34,531 nucleotides of DNA from a virus (lineage: Duplodnaviria > Caudoviricetes). Made by a program: the position numbers and the translations under genes. Below the pieces are notes generated by a model. The model was not told the DNA's origin. It was given only the letters and a program-made list of their open reading frames with translations, and made no database searches. Shown one piece after another: positions 23,507 to 33,177 of the stretch (positions are counted from its first letter, which is position 1; every line of letters starts with the position of its first letter). Location: IMG/VR virus record IMGVR_UViG_3300006055_000002, positions 1 through 34,531 of that record; one strand, given 5' to 3'.

Positions 23507-25177
23507 GTGCCGCGCCAACTGGTGCGGGCCGACGCTCACGACCGGGAGCGGTCCCTCGGCTGGCTGGCCACGGCCTGGATGGAGCACTTCCTGGTCCATG
23601 GGCCCGGTGCAGTCCAGGGCGAGCCCGTCGTCCATGGTGACGAGTACACCGGCTTCATCGTCGACTGCTACGCCCTAAGCACCACGGGACGCCTGCTCTA
23701 CGACTCGGCGTTCCTCAGTCGGCCCAAAGGCGCCGACAAGTCGGGTATCGCCGCCCGCTTCGCCTCATTCGAGGCATTGGGGCCCTGCCGATTCGCCGGC
23801 TTCGCCGAGGGTGGCGAGATCTACGAGGATCCCTGGGGACTCGGCTTCACCTACCGGTACGCCAAGGGCGAGCCGATAGGGAAGCCCGTCAAGGGCCCCG
23901 AGATCCGGTGCATGGCGACCGAAGAGGGCCAGACCGGCCTCATCTTCGACACGATCCTCTTCAACTTCACCGAAGGCCCGCTGGCCGAGGTTCCGGGCAT
24001 CGACGCCGGAATCACCCGGATCTACCTGCCTCACGGCGGCAAGATCATCCCGTCGACGGCCGCGTCGTCCTCCAAGGACGGAGGCCGAGAGACCTTCGTT
24101 GCCTTCGACGAAACCCACCTCTACAACACGCCCGAGCTGCGTCGGATGTACAAGACGGTCACTCGGAACCTCCGGAAGCGGAAGCGTGAGGGGACATGGT
24201 TCCTCGAGACGACCACCATGTTCGCCCCGGGCGAAGATTCGATCGCCGAGGCGACCTACCATCTCGCCGGCCTCATCGAGGAGAAGAAGACCAAGCGCCA
24301 GAAGGTGCTCAGCGACCACCGATGGGGTGAGTGCGCTGACCTGACGGACGAGGGTGCGCTGCGCCTGGCGGTCGAGGACGCATTCGGCGATGCCATGGCG
24401 TGGAACGACCTCGATGGCATCATCGACGAGTTCTACGACACCCGCACTGACCCGACCGACAGCCGCCGTTACTTCCTCAACGCTCCGACCGAGACGTCGA
24501 ACGCATGGCTCGCCGCCTACGAGTGGGAGGCACGCCAGGATCTGACCAAGATCGTCATCAGGACCGAGGCGGTCGTCCTGGGCTTCGACGGCTCCCGCAA
24601 GCGCAGCAGGGGAGTCACCGACGCCACGGCCCTAATTGGCTGCCGGGTGCGGGACGGCCACTTCTTCGAGATCGACGTTTGGGAGCAGCCGACCGGAGCG
24701 CTCGGCGAAGGGTGGGAAGTCCCCGTCGCAGCCGTGGATGCCACCGTACGGCAGGCGTTCAAGGACTACCGGGTGGTCGGCTTCTACGCCGACCCGGCCC
24801 GGTGGGAGACCAAGGTCGCCGAGTGGGAAGCCGCATTCGGTCCCCAGCTCAAGGTCAAGTGCTCCCGGGCCCACCCGATCCAGTTCTGGATGACCGGTGG
24901 TAACGCCAGCAGGGCATCTGGGGCGATCACGGACTTCCACAGTGCCATCGTCGACGGGGAGATGACTCACAACGGTGGGGGCGCATTCACCCGCCACGTC
25001 CTCAATGCCCGGAACAGTCCACGCCGGTTCGGCATGTCGATCGCCAAGGATCACCCAGACAGCGCCCGAAAGATCGATGCCGCTGTCGCAGGGGCCCTGG
25101 CCCACAGATGCCGACTCGATGCCGTGGCCGCCGGCATCGGCCGCCAGCACGTTGAGGCGGCACGTCGGATTCGATAG
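23507..25177 (+). CDS. terL: Terminase large subunit
   Basis: Walker A 'RPKGADKS', Walker B 'FDETH', nuclease 'GFDGS..D' and 'KIDAAVA'. Confidence 0.95.
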   Translation: MPRQLVRADAHDRERSLGWLATAWMEHFLVHGPGAVQGEPVVHGDEYTGFIVDCYALSTTGRLLYDSAFLSRPKGADKSGIAARFASFEALGPCRFAGFAEGGEIYEDPWGLGFTYRYAKGEPIGKPVKGPEIRCMATEEGQTGLIFDTILFNFTEGPLAEVPGIDAGITRIYLPHGGKIIPSTAASSSKDGGRETFVAFDETHLYNTPELRRMYKTVTRNLRKRKREGTWFLETTTMFAPGEDSIAEATYHLAGLIEEKKTKRQKVLSDHRWGECADLTDEGALRLAVEDAFGDAMAWNDLDGIIDEFYDTRTDPTDSRRYFLNAPTETSNAWLAAYEWEARQDLTKIVIRTEAVVLGFDGSRKRSRGVTDATALIGCRVRDGHFFEIDVWEQPTGALGEGWEVPVAAVDATVRQAFKDYRVVGFYADPARWETKVAEWEAAFGPQLKVKCSRAHPIQFWMTGGNASRASGAITDFHSAIVDGEMTHNGGGAFTRHVLNARNSPRRFGMSIAKDHPDSARKIDAAVAGALAHRCRLDAVAAGIGRQHVEAARRIR

Positions 25178-25188
25178 GAGGCCGGCGC

Positions 25189-26670
25189 ATGGCGATCGAC
25201 ACCACGCTGCCTCAATCGCCCGGGTGGTGGATGGGTCGGCTCACCAAGAAGATGATGATCCGCCAGAAGCGGCTGATGCTCCTCGAGCTGTACCTCCGGG
25301 GGAATCCTCCCATCGGTGCTGGCGCCGACCAGCTGCGGGAGACCTACCGGGCATTCCAGAACAAGGCACGGTCGAATTTCGCCGAGCTCATCGTCGAAGC
25401 GGTCCGTGAGCGGATGAACGTCCGGGGCTTCCGGACCTCAGCTGAATCCGAGGACATCGGCGACTCGGCTGCCTGGGACATCTGGAAGGCCAACGGGCTC
25501 GACATCGAGTCCATCGACGTGCACGAGTGGATGCTCGGTCTCGGTGACGCCTATGTGATCGTCGGCATGGACGGTGACCAGCCCCTGATCACGGGCGAGG
25601 ATCCCCGCCAGGTCGTCACCGAGCACGACCCCATGCGCCCCCAGAAGGTGGTGGCCGCGCTCAAGCTCTTCCACGACGACGTCAACGACTACGACCTCGC
25701 CTATCTGTACCTCCCGGGGAACGTCTACGTGGCTGGCAAGCCGCGCCGGGCGACCTCCCAGCAGACGACGGGCCCCCAGTTCAACGCCAACGCCTGGAGC
25801 TGGCTCAACGAGGACCTCCAGATCGTGGCCGAGACGGTGAATGCGGCCAGCGCCGACTTCAACGACATGGTCGCCCAGCCGTTGCCCTCTGGATTCGAGG
25901 ACATTGTCCCGGTCGTCCGGTTCGCCAACAAGCACGAGCGCGGCGAGTTCGAGGGCCACATGGACCTCCTCGACCGGATCAACCACATGATCCTCCAGCG
26001 CATGGTGATCGCCACCTTCCAGGCGTTCCGCCAGCGGGCGATCAAAGGCACGTTGCCCGACGTCGACGAGCAGGGCAACACGATCGACTACGAGAAGGTG
26101 TTCTCGGCCGACCCGGGCGCCCTGTGGCAGATCCCGGCCGCCGTCGAGATGTGGGAGTCCGGCATCGTCGACCTGAGCCCGATCCTCAACTCGGTCAAGG
26201 CCGATGTCGAGCACCTGGCCGCCGTCACACGGACGCCGATGCACTACCTGACGCCGGGGGAGTCCTCCCAGTCGGCCGAGGGCGCGGCTCTGGCCAAGGA
26301 AGGCCTGATCTTCAAGACGGTGGACCGGATCAGTCGGGCCAACGTGGGCTGGACCAACGTGATGCACCTCGCCTTCCTGTTCATGGGCGACGAGGAGCGC
26401 TCCAATCTCAGCTCACTCCAGCCGATCTGGGCACCGGCCCAGCGGTACAGCCTCACCGAGATGGCCAGCGCCGCGGCCCAGGCGGCCACCACGCTTCCCA
26501 CGGAGACAATCCAGGAGCTCGTCTGGCAGCTGAGCCCCGAGGAACTTGCCCGGGCGAAGACGCAGCGCCAGGCGGACGTGATCTTCCAGCAGCAGATGGC
26601 CGCACTGGTCCCCAAGGCCGCTCCGGCTCCGGCCCCGACCATCGTCGAGCCGCCAGCAGTGGAATCTTGA
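25189..26670 (+). CDS. Portal protein (SPP1 gp6-like)
   Basis: Position, size, and 'NFAELIVEA..ER', 'VPVVRF.N..GEFE', 'SAEG'. Confidence 0.92.
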   Translation: MAIDTTLPQSPGWWMGRLTKKMMIRQKRLMLLELYLRGNPPIGAGADQLRETYRAFQNKARSNFAELIVEAVRERMNVRGFRTSAESEDIGDSAAWDIWKANGLDIESIDVHEWMLGLGDAYVIVGMDGDQPLITGEDPRQVVTEHDPMRPQKVVAALKLFHDDVNDYDLAYLYLPGNVYVAGKPRRATSQQTTGPQFNANAWSWLNEDLQIVAETVNAASADFNDMVAQPLPSGFEDIVPVVRFANKHERGEFEGHMDLLDRINHMILQRMVIATFQAFRQRAIKGTLPDVDEQGNTIDYEKVFSADPGALWQIPAAVEMWESGIVDLSPILNSVKADVEHLAAVTRTPMHYLTPGESSQSAEGAALAKEGLIFKTVDRISRANVGWTNVMHLAFLFMGDEERSNLSSLQPIWAPAQRYSLTEMASAAAQAATTLPTETIQELVWQLSPEELARAKTQRQADVIFQQQMAALVPKAAPAPAPTIVEPPAVES

Positions 26671-26671
26671 C

Positions 26672-27478
26672 GTGAACCAGGCCGAGCTCGCCGCCATCGT
26701 GGACGCTCAGTCGCAGAGTCAGAATGCGCTCACGCAGATGGCCGTCAATGCCGCCGGCCAGAGTGCCCGGGACTTCACCGGTTGGTACGACAGCGCCCAG
26801 ATCGGACCGTGGGCCTCGCAGCTCGCCTCGCTCATCGAGTCCATTCAAGGCCAGACGGCAGCTTCGACCGACGCCTACCTCACCGAGGTCCTCGCCGGGC
26901 TGAAGGGCTCACCTGTCTCGCCATCGGGGACCATCGATGTCACGGGCCTTCGAAAGGGCGTGAGCCACACCGAGGTCTACGGCCGGGCGGCCGACACGTA
27001 CCGGTACGAGGTGTCGCAGGGCAAGTCCGAATCCGAGGCGCTCAAATCAGCGGTCAAGAGAGCCGAGGTGTTGGCCGAGACTGACGTGCAGCTGGCCCAG
27101 CGGGACCAGTCGCAGCGGTTCATGACCTCGAAGAAGGTCAACGGCTACCGCAGGATCATCCATCCGGAGTTGAGCAAGGGCGGCACGTGCGGCCTCTGCA
27201 TCGCCGCCTCCGACCGGATCTACGTCGCCTCGGACCTCATGCCGATCCACGCCCGCTGCGGATGCACAACTGCTCCGATTCTCGGTGCACAGGATCCTGG
27301 CCACGAGCTGAACCGATCCGATCTCAACGCTCTCTACGAGCAGGCCGGAGGGTCAACCTCCGCTGCCGACCTGAAGAAGGTGCGCTACACGGTGCACGAC
27401 AACGGCGAGATCGGCCCAGTCCTCGGCGTGGAAGGTCAGGCCTTCCGAGGCCCGGACGACCTGCCGCTCGCCGCCTGA
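26672..27478 (+). CDS. Head maturation / MuF-like minor head protein
   Basis: 'GYRRIIHPE..CGLCIAAS.R.Y..L.PIH.RC.C'. Confidence 0.8.
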   Translation: MNQAELAAIVDAQSQSQNALTQMAVNAAGQSARDFTGWYDSAQIGPWASQLASLIESIQGQTAASTDAYLTEVLAGLKGSPVSPSGTIDVTGLRKGVSHTEVYGRAADTYRYEVSQGKSESEALKSAVKRAEVLAETDVQLAQRDQSQRFMTSKKVNGYRRIIHPELSKGGTCGLCIAASDRIYVASDLMPIHARCGCTTAPILGAQDPGHELNRSDLNALYEQAGGSTSAADLKKVRYTVHDNGEIGPVLGVEGQAFRGPDDLPLAA

Positions 27479-27491
27479 TTCTGCCGGAATC
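27477..27491. promoter_or_regulatory. 15-bp palindrome copy 6 (GATTCTGCCGGAATC)
   Basis: Overlaps the TGA stop, upstream of the scaffold gene. Confidence 0.75.
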
Positions 27492-27546
27492 ACCGACATC
27501 CCGCCCCGCCAAGGGGAACCCGATCCCGACATGGGAGGAACCACCG

Positions 27547-28311
27547 ATGAATGCTGCACGCCCGCTTCTGCCTGCCCTGAAGGACGCCTGGACTGCCCAA
27601 GGGTGGGACCTGGCCGACCTCCGAGCATTCCGGATGGAAGAACCCACTCCTCCCGCTCCTCCCGCTCCGGGCCCGACGCCGCCGGCACCCGCTCCTCCCG
27701 CTCCCACGCCTCCGGCGCCCGGACCCACGCCGCCCACGCCTCCGGAACCGGCCGAGCGGGGATTCCCGGAAAACACTCCGCTCGAGCAGATGACCGTCGA
27801 GCAGCGCGAGGCCTACTGGAAGTTCCAGAGCCGCAAGCACGAGGGCCGCGCCAACGAGCGCAAGGACTACGACGACCTGAAGAAGAAGGCCGACGAGTAC
27901 GACGAGCTCCTGAAGTCCACCCGGACCGAACAGGAGAAAGCCGTCGAGGACGCGAAGAAGGAAGGCGCCGACGCAGCACGCTCCGAGGAGCAGGCGCGCA
28001 TCGCCCCCAAGCTCGTGGCCGCCGAGTTCCGCGCCGTCGTGGCCGGTCGGATGACCGCCGAGCAGCTCACGGCCGTCCTCGAGCCCCTCGATTCCACCAA
28101 GTTCCTCTCCGACACGGGCGAGGTCGACACCCAGAAGGTGGCCACCTTCGTCGCCAGCATCGTCCCTGCGGACGACGGCAAGGGCGGCAAGCCCGGCTTC
28201 CCCAACCTCGGCCAAGGCCGACGCACCACGGGCGGCACGCCCTCTGTAGGAACCGGCTCAGAGCGCTACGCCGAGCGCCACGCATCCCGCAACCGCACTC
28301 CGTCTACCTGA
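27547..28311 (+). CDS. Head scaffolding protein
   Basis: GGAGG RBS; Pro-rich N-terminus; 'YWK..SRKHE'; coiled coil. Confidence 0.85.
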   Translation: MNAARPLLPALKDAWTAQGWDLADLRAFRMEEPTPPAPPAPGPTPPAPAPPAPTPPAPGPTPPTPPEPAERGFPENTPLEQMTVEQREAYWKFQSRKHEGRANERKDYDDLKKKADEYDELLKSTRTEQEKAVEDAKKEGADAARSEEQARIAPKLVAAEFRAVVAGRMTAEQLTAVLEPLDSTKFLSDTGEVDTQKVATFVASIVPADDGKGGKPGFPNLGQGRRTTGGTPSVGTGSERYAERHASRNRTPST

Positions 28312-28327
28312 TCAAGGAGATCCACCC

Positions 28328-29044
28328 ATGAACCTCAGCCCCGTCGTCGAGCAGTTCGGCCAGGAAGACCAGCGCTGGTTGGCGTCGGCAGATGGCACCG
28401 ACTTCGCTCGGTCCCTCACCCTCGACGTCACCAAGTTCACGCCCAGCGTCCACTACCCGAACGGCTACCTGCCGTCGGGGATCCCGCTGGCCAAGATCAC
28501 GGCGTCCGGTCTCTTCGGGCCCTACACCCCCGACACCAACCAGGTCGAGTCGGCCACCGTCACGGGCGCGCCCACCGGTGGCACGTTCACCCTGACGTTC
28601 AGCGGCCAGACCACGGGAGCGATCGCCTTCAACGCCACAGCCGCCGCGGTGCAGACCGCCCTGGCTGCCCTGTCCAACATCGGCGCGGGCAACGTGGCCG
28701 TGACGGGCGCATCGGGCGGTCCGTACACCGTCACCTTCGTGGGTGCGATGTTCGCCTCCAGCGAGGCGACCATGACGGCCACCTCGTCGCTGACCGGTGG
28801 AACGACTCCTGGCGTGACCATCGCCGTGGTGACCGCTGGCGGTGCCGCGGGCGCCTCGAACGGCCTGCAGACCCTGGTCGGCTTCCTGTTCACGTCGACG
28901 AACGTGATCCAGCGGAACGGCTCGACGCCGGCCGTGGTCGAGGGCGCCATCCTCGACCGCTGCAAGGTCAACACAGCAAAGCTCCCGATCCCCGTGGACG
29001 CAGCCGGCAAGGCAGCGGTCGCTGGTCAGATCATCTTCATCTGA
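28328..29044 (+). CDS. Head decoration protein with an inserted Gly/Thr-rich domain
   Basis: 'GYLPSGIPLAKITASGLFGPY..[insert]..GFLF'; lies between scaffold and capsid genes. Confidence 0.75.
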   Translation: MNLSPVVEQFGQEDQRWLASADGTDFARSLTLDVTKFTPSVHYPNGYLPSGIPLAKITASGLFGPYTPDTNQVESATVTGAPTGGTFTLTFSGQTTGAIAFNATAAAVQTALAALSNIGAGNVAVTGASGGPYTVTFVGAMFASSEATMTATSSLTGGTTPGVTIAVVTAGGAAGASNGLQTLVGFLFTSTNVIQRNGSTPAVVEGAILDRCKVNTAKLPIPVDAAGKAAVAGQIIFI

Positions 29045-29100
29045 GCCGGCACGGCACAGCCTCCCCCGTCAACCGACTGATCGTCTGAGAGGACTCAACC

Positions 29101-30144
29101 ATGTACCTGGACTCCACCTACATCGAGCCGGCCCAGCTCACCGGATACGTCCGGGCAGCGCTGGCCGACTTCCAGATCAACCAGTTCCAGCTGGCCCAGT
29201 GGCTGCCGAACCGGAACGTCGACGACCTCGACTACCGCTTCCAGCAGGGCGGCGAGGGTCTGTCCGAGGCGGCCAACTTCCGGTCGTACGACACCGAGGC
29301 GCAGATCGGCAGCCGCCCCGGGATCACCAGGGTGACCGGCGAGCTGCCCCCCATCTCCCGCAAGCTCCGGTTGGGGGAGTACGACCGCCTCCGGCAGCGC
29401 CGGGAAGGCGGGGATCCGGACTCGATCGTCCTGGGCCTCGAGGGCGACGCGGAGCGCAACGTCCGCAGCATCGCTGCCCGGATCGAGCTGGCTCGTGGAG
29501 ACGCCCTGGTCAATGGGTCGATCACCCTCAACGAGAACGGCATCGTGGCCACCGTGGACTTCTCACGGCCCGCGGCGTGCTCCGTGACCCCGTCCATCGC
29601 CTGGTCCGACACCGTCAACGCGGTGCCGATCACGGATCTGACGGCCTGGAACGTGGCCTACCTGGCCATGAACGGGGAGCCCGTGGGCGCCTACGTGATC
29701 TCTACCCAGATGCTCACGTACCTGGCCCAGAACGCCTCCCTGCGGAACCTGGCCGCCACGGTGGTCGGTGCGCCGACGATGCTCTCCCGTGAGCACCTCC
29801 AGCAGACGCTGGCTGCGTTCGGCCTGCCGCCGTTCTTCGTCTACGACGCTCAGGTCAACGTCAACAGCGCGGCCACCCGGATCCTGCCGTCCAACAAGGT
29901 GCTGATGCTCCCGCCGGCCGTCGCCCCGGACGCCTGGGAGGACACGCAGCTCGGTGGCACCTTCTGGGGCACCACGGCCGAGGCCCTCGAGCCCGGCTAC
30001 GGCATCGAGCAGTCGGACCAGCCGGGCATCGTGGCTGGGGTCTACAACACCCAGGACCCCGTGGCCCTGTGGACCAAGGCCTCGGCCATCAGCCTGCCCG
30101 TGCTGGCCAACCCGAAGCTGGGCTGGGTCGCAACCGTCGCCTGA
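29101..30144 (+). CDS. Major capsid protein (lambda gpE-like)
   Basis: 347 aa; 'A.FRSYD.E..ELPPIS.K..LGEY.RL'; position. Confidence 0.92.
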   Translation: MYLDSTYIEPAQLTGYVRAALADFQINQFQLAQWLPNRNVDDLDYRFQQGGEGLSEAANFRSYDTEAQIGSRPGITRVTGELPPISRKLRLGEYDRLRQRREGGDPDSIVLGLEGDAERNVRSIAARIELARGDALVNGSITLNENGIVATVDFSRPAACSVTPSIAWSDTVNAVPITDLTAWNVAYLAMNGEPVGAYVISTQMLTYLAQNASLRNLAATVVGAPTMLSREHLQQTLAAFGLPPFFVYDAQVNVNSAATRILPSNKVLMLPPAVAPDAWEDTQLGGTFWGTTAEALEPGYGIEQSDQPGIVAGVYNTQDPVALWTKASAISLPVLANPKLGWVATVA

Positions 30145-30183
30145 TTCACGGCGGCGTCAGGCCGCTAAGGAAGGTAGGACCGC

Positions 30184-30582
30184 ATGCGTGTGTTGAGGTA
30201 CGACGTCCATCTGGACGAGCAAGTTCACAAGGCCGGCACGGCTGAGGCTGATCTGCCCCAGGGCGTCAAGATCCCCAATCCTGCGGCGTGGCACGAACCA
30301 GACGAGGAGCTGGCCGACGATTCCGCCGGAATCACCGAGGACATCCCGACAGGGGATCCCGGCGACAACGGAGATCCCGACGGCCAAGGCGGCGAAGACG
30401 GCTCGGAAGGCAACGAAGGACAGGCGCCCGCCACGGGCACCATCCCCAGCCGCTCCGGGCCCGGATCCGCTCGAGCAGCGTGGCTCTCCTACGCCGAGCT
30501 CCACGGCGTCGACGTCGACATCGACGCCAACCGCGAGGAGATCATCGCTGCGCTCGAGCGAGCCGGCGTTCCCACCGAGTAG
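30184..30582 (+). CDS. Acidic head-associated protein
   Basis: Follows the capsid gene; C-terminal helical module 'W..YA..GV..REEIIAAL'. Confidence 0.65.
   Translation: MRVLRYDVHLDEQVHKAGTAEADLPQGVKIPNPAAWHEPDEELADDSAGITEDIPTGDPGDNGDPDGQGGEDGSEGNEGQAPATGTIPSRSGPGSARAAWLSYAELHGVDVDIDANREEIIAALERAGVPTE
30319..30333. promoter_or_regulatory. 15-bp palindrome copy 7 (GATTCCGCCGGAATC)
   Basis: Intragenic; in-frame DSAGI. Confidence 0.7.
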
Positions 30583-30606
30583 CCCTCAGGGCACTGGAGT
30601 ACCGCC

Positions 30607-31104
30607 ATGGGAGCCACCTACGCAGGGATCCTCGATGTCCAGGAGATCTTCGGCCCGATCGCCACGAGCGACCAGCCGGAGGTGACCGGACTCCTCCGTA
30701 GGGCTTCGAACCTGATGCGAACCCACGCCTACGGCCTGGATGCTCGGATCCTCTCGGGGGAGACGGACGGCCAGGTCGTGACCGACATTTGCGTCGACAT
30801 GGTCATGCGCGTGCTCCGCAACTCGGACGGGGTGAAGCAAGAGACCATCGGCCCGTCGTCAGTCACCTACGACCCGACAGTGGCCGCGGGGCGACTGTTC
30901 CTCATGCCGGACGAGCTTCTCCAGCTCCAGCCCGTCAAGGCCGCCAGGGCCAGTGTGGGCACCATCCGGACCGTTCCGAATCTCGCACCCCGCCACACAT
31001 TCGTCGGCGAGGGGCCACCCTCCGCCTACGGACCCGGCTACGGCGGTGAGTTCGCTGACACCGAGGATTCAGACATCGTCGGGACCAGGACTCGGATCCT
31101 GTGA
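30607..31104 (+). CDS. Head-to-tail adaptor
   Basis: 'MVMRVLRN.DG..QETIGP.S..L.L..DE'. Confidence 0.8.
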   Translation: MGATYAGILDVQEIFGPIATSDQPEVTGLLRRASNLMRTHAYGLDARILSGETDGQVVTDICVDMVMRVLRNSDGVKQETIGPSSVTYDPTVAAGRLFLMPDELLQLQPVKAARASVGTIRTVPNLAPRHTFVGEGPPSAYGPGYGGEFADTEDSDIVGTRTRIL

Positions 31105-31427
31105 AGCGCCGGGGCAGCGAGACCGTCACGGTCACCCGCCGGGTCTCCGGGCTCCACGCTGATTCCACCGCCGGCACATCGTTCGACGTCGACGGTTGCT
31201 CGGTTCTCCCGGACACGGTCGACCTTGAGACGCAGAACTTCGAGCAGGACACCAGTGCCATCACGTTCACGGTGATCTTCCCGACCGGCACCGACGTCCG
31301 GCCGTCCGACATGGTCACCGTGCGAGGCGTCGTCTACGACGTCGAAGGCATCCCTGTGGTGCTTCGGTCGGCGATCACTGGCAACGATGCCGGCCTCCAA
31401 GTGAAGGTCGGCGCGATCACGGGGTGA
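31101..31427 (+). CDS. Head closure/stopper protein
   Basis: Position; 'D.V.VRG..Y.VEG.P'. Confidence 0.7.
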   Translation: MKRRGSETVTVTRRVSGLHADSTAGTSFDVDGCSVLPDTVDLETQNFEQDTSAITFTVIFPTGTDVRPSDMVTVRGVVYDVEGIPVVLRSAITGNDAGLQVKVGAITG

Positions 31428-31430
31428 GTC

Positions 31431-31766
31431 ATGGCCAGAACCCGATTCATTCCCGACAGCGCCGGGCTCCAGGAAGTGGCCGTCAGCGACGAGATGGCGG
31501 CCGCCATGCTTGCCGCTGCCGAAGAGGGCCGCACGGTCGCCGAGGGATTCGCCGCTGACTTCACGGTGACCGGCGAGTATGCCGAGCACTTCAACACCTT
31601 CACCCGCATCGTCCCGCTGATCACCTCGTTCGGCGGCCACGAGGTGGCCGCAGGGATCCTGGCCAACGATTCCGAGCACGCTGCTGCCGTCGAGTACGGC
31701 AATGCCCGGGACCGCAAGCCTCACTTCGTCCTGAGCCGGACGGCGGCGGCCCTCCATGCCGGCTGA
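31431..31766 (+). CDS. Neck / tail-completion protein (HK97 gp10-like)
   Basis: 'TGEY..HAAAVEYG..PH..L'. Confidence 0.7.
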   Translation: MARTRFIPDSAGLQEVAVSDEMAAAMLAAAEEGRTVAEGFAADFTVTGEYAEHFNTFTRIVPLITSFGGHEVAAGILANDSEHAAAVEYGNARDRKPHFVLSRTAAALHAG

Positions 31767-32169
31767 CCTGCCGCCGTTCCCCGCCATCGAGCTCCTACTG
31801 ATGGACCTGCTCGATGACCTCGGCACCGTCGATACCGCGACGCCGGACGACCTCGAGCAGCAGCTCCCGTTCATCCAGGTCAATCGGATTGGTGGCACGG
31901 ACAACGTCGTGACCGACACAACGCGGGTCGTCGTCAGCGCCTACGCCAGCGACTGGCCGACAGGAAACACCTTGGCCGAAACGATCCGCCAGCGGCTGAT
32001 CAGCGGGCCCCACGTCCTCAGCGGGGGCGTCCTCGATCAGGTGCGGACGGTCGTGTCGCCCCAGGAGCTTCCCCACAGCATCGCCGGATCCCGCAGTGCG
32101 ACGAAGGGCCACGCCAACGTGCGCCGCTTCGGTGCGACCTACTCGGCCGTCACTCGCCGCCCCTCCTGA
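31756..32169 (+). CDS. Tail terminator
   Basis: 'LPFIQVNRIGG.D'; position. Confidence 0.75.
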   Translation: MPADLPPFPAIELLLMDLLDDLGTVDTATPDDLEQQLPFIQVNRIGGTDNVVTDTTRVVVSAYASDWPTGNTLAETIRQRLISGPHVLSGGVLDQVRTVVSPQELPHSIAGSRSATKGHANVRRFGATYSAVTRRPS

Positions 32170-32229
32170 TCTTCCGCAGTTCCCCATCACCTACTGGGCG
32201 CGAGCCCGTGACCCTGAAGGAGCCTGACC

Positions 32230-33096
32230 ATGACCACCGCATTCGACGCGCTCCATAATTGGGACAACTCCAACATCCGCAAGGCGCTCAAGGGCTCGGT
32301 GTTCATCGCACCTGAGTCCGCAGCGCTCGTCACGGCGTCCATCCTCTTCGACGCGGCCACCGGCGACCTCAAGTCCCCGCTGCCCGCCGGATTCAAGGAC
32401 CTGGGCTACCTCGACGCCACGGGAGCGAAGTTGGGCCGGGCGGTGAAGACGACGGACACCACGTCGTGGCAGGACACCTCACCGACTCGTTCGGACGTCA
32501 CCTCGGACGTGACCACGCTGGTCATCAACCCTCAGGAGACCAACCAGGAGACGATCGCTCTCTACGAGGGGATCCCCATCGGCAGCATCACGCCCGGGGC
32601 GAACGGAGTCATCGAGGTCCAGCGGGCGTCGGTCTCGTCCCAGATCTACTACCGGGTGCTCGTGATCGGCGTCGACGAGCTCACCGAGGGCGAGTACGCC
32701 ATGGTGACCTTCTTCCCCCGGATGCTGGTGACGGCCTATGCCGACCAGATCTACGCAGCCGCCGACGACATCGTCTACGGCGTCACCCTCCAGGCCTACG
32801 TGGACTCGCAGGCTGGATTCGCCGTGGACAAGTTCTGGGGCGGTGCGGCCCAGCTGGCCCGACTCCCCCGTGAGGACTTCTCCCGAGTCGTGACCTGCAC
32901 CACATCCTCGACCGTCACGCCCACCGTCCTGGTGGCCACCGTCGGCACCTTCACCCCGGACGACGTCGACGCTCCGCTGCATGGCACCGGCATGGCGACC
33001 GGGGCGACCGTCCTGTCGTACACCGACCCGACCCACGTGGTGATGAGTGCGGCGGCCACGGCCAGCGGCACGGGAGTCGCCATCACCGTCGGGTGA
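32230..33096 (+). CDS. Major tail tube protein with C-terminal extension
   Basis: 'NIRKAL.GSVF.AP..LGYL...G..WQ..P.RSD..ETN'. Confidence 0.85.
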   Translation: MTTAFDALHNWDNSNIRKALKGSVFIAPESAALVTASILFDAATGDLKSPLPAGFKDLGYLDATGAKLGRAVKTTDTTSWQDTSPTRSDVTSDVTTLVINPQETNQETIALYEGIPIGSITPGANGVIEVQRASVSSQIYYRVLVIGVDELTEGEYAMVTFFPRMLVTAYADQIYAAADDIVYGVTLQAYVDSQAGFAVDKFWGGAAQLARLPREDFSRVVTCTTSSTVTPTVLVATVGTFTPDDVDAPLHGTGMATGATVLSYTDPTHVVMSAAATASGTGVAITVG

Positions 33097-33177
33097 CCAT
33101 TCCTCTGAGACGGAGGGCATGCCGGGCAGGTACGGCCCTCCGTCTCAAGGATCCACAACTGACAATGGAGGAGAACA

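Noticed and set aside
23999-24013. ATCGACGCCGGAATC in terL as an eighth palindrome
   Set aside because: Only the right 9 bases match; the left arm is absent, so it is not counted.
27645-27750. Pro-rich repeat in the scaffold gene
   Set aside because: Ordinary low-complexity N-terminus of a scaffolding protein.
4697-30333. Palindromic repeats as a CRISPR array or merely a recurring DSAGI peptide
   Set aside because: Copies are kilobases apart with no spacers or cas genes. Three are non-coding, and most synonymous positions are fixed, so conservation is at nucleotide level.
10788-33120. Many long minus-strand and alternate-frame ORFs (e.g. 10788-11993, 20251-21183, 25438-26367)
   Set aside because: Typical high-GC shadow ORFs overlapping well-supported genes.
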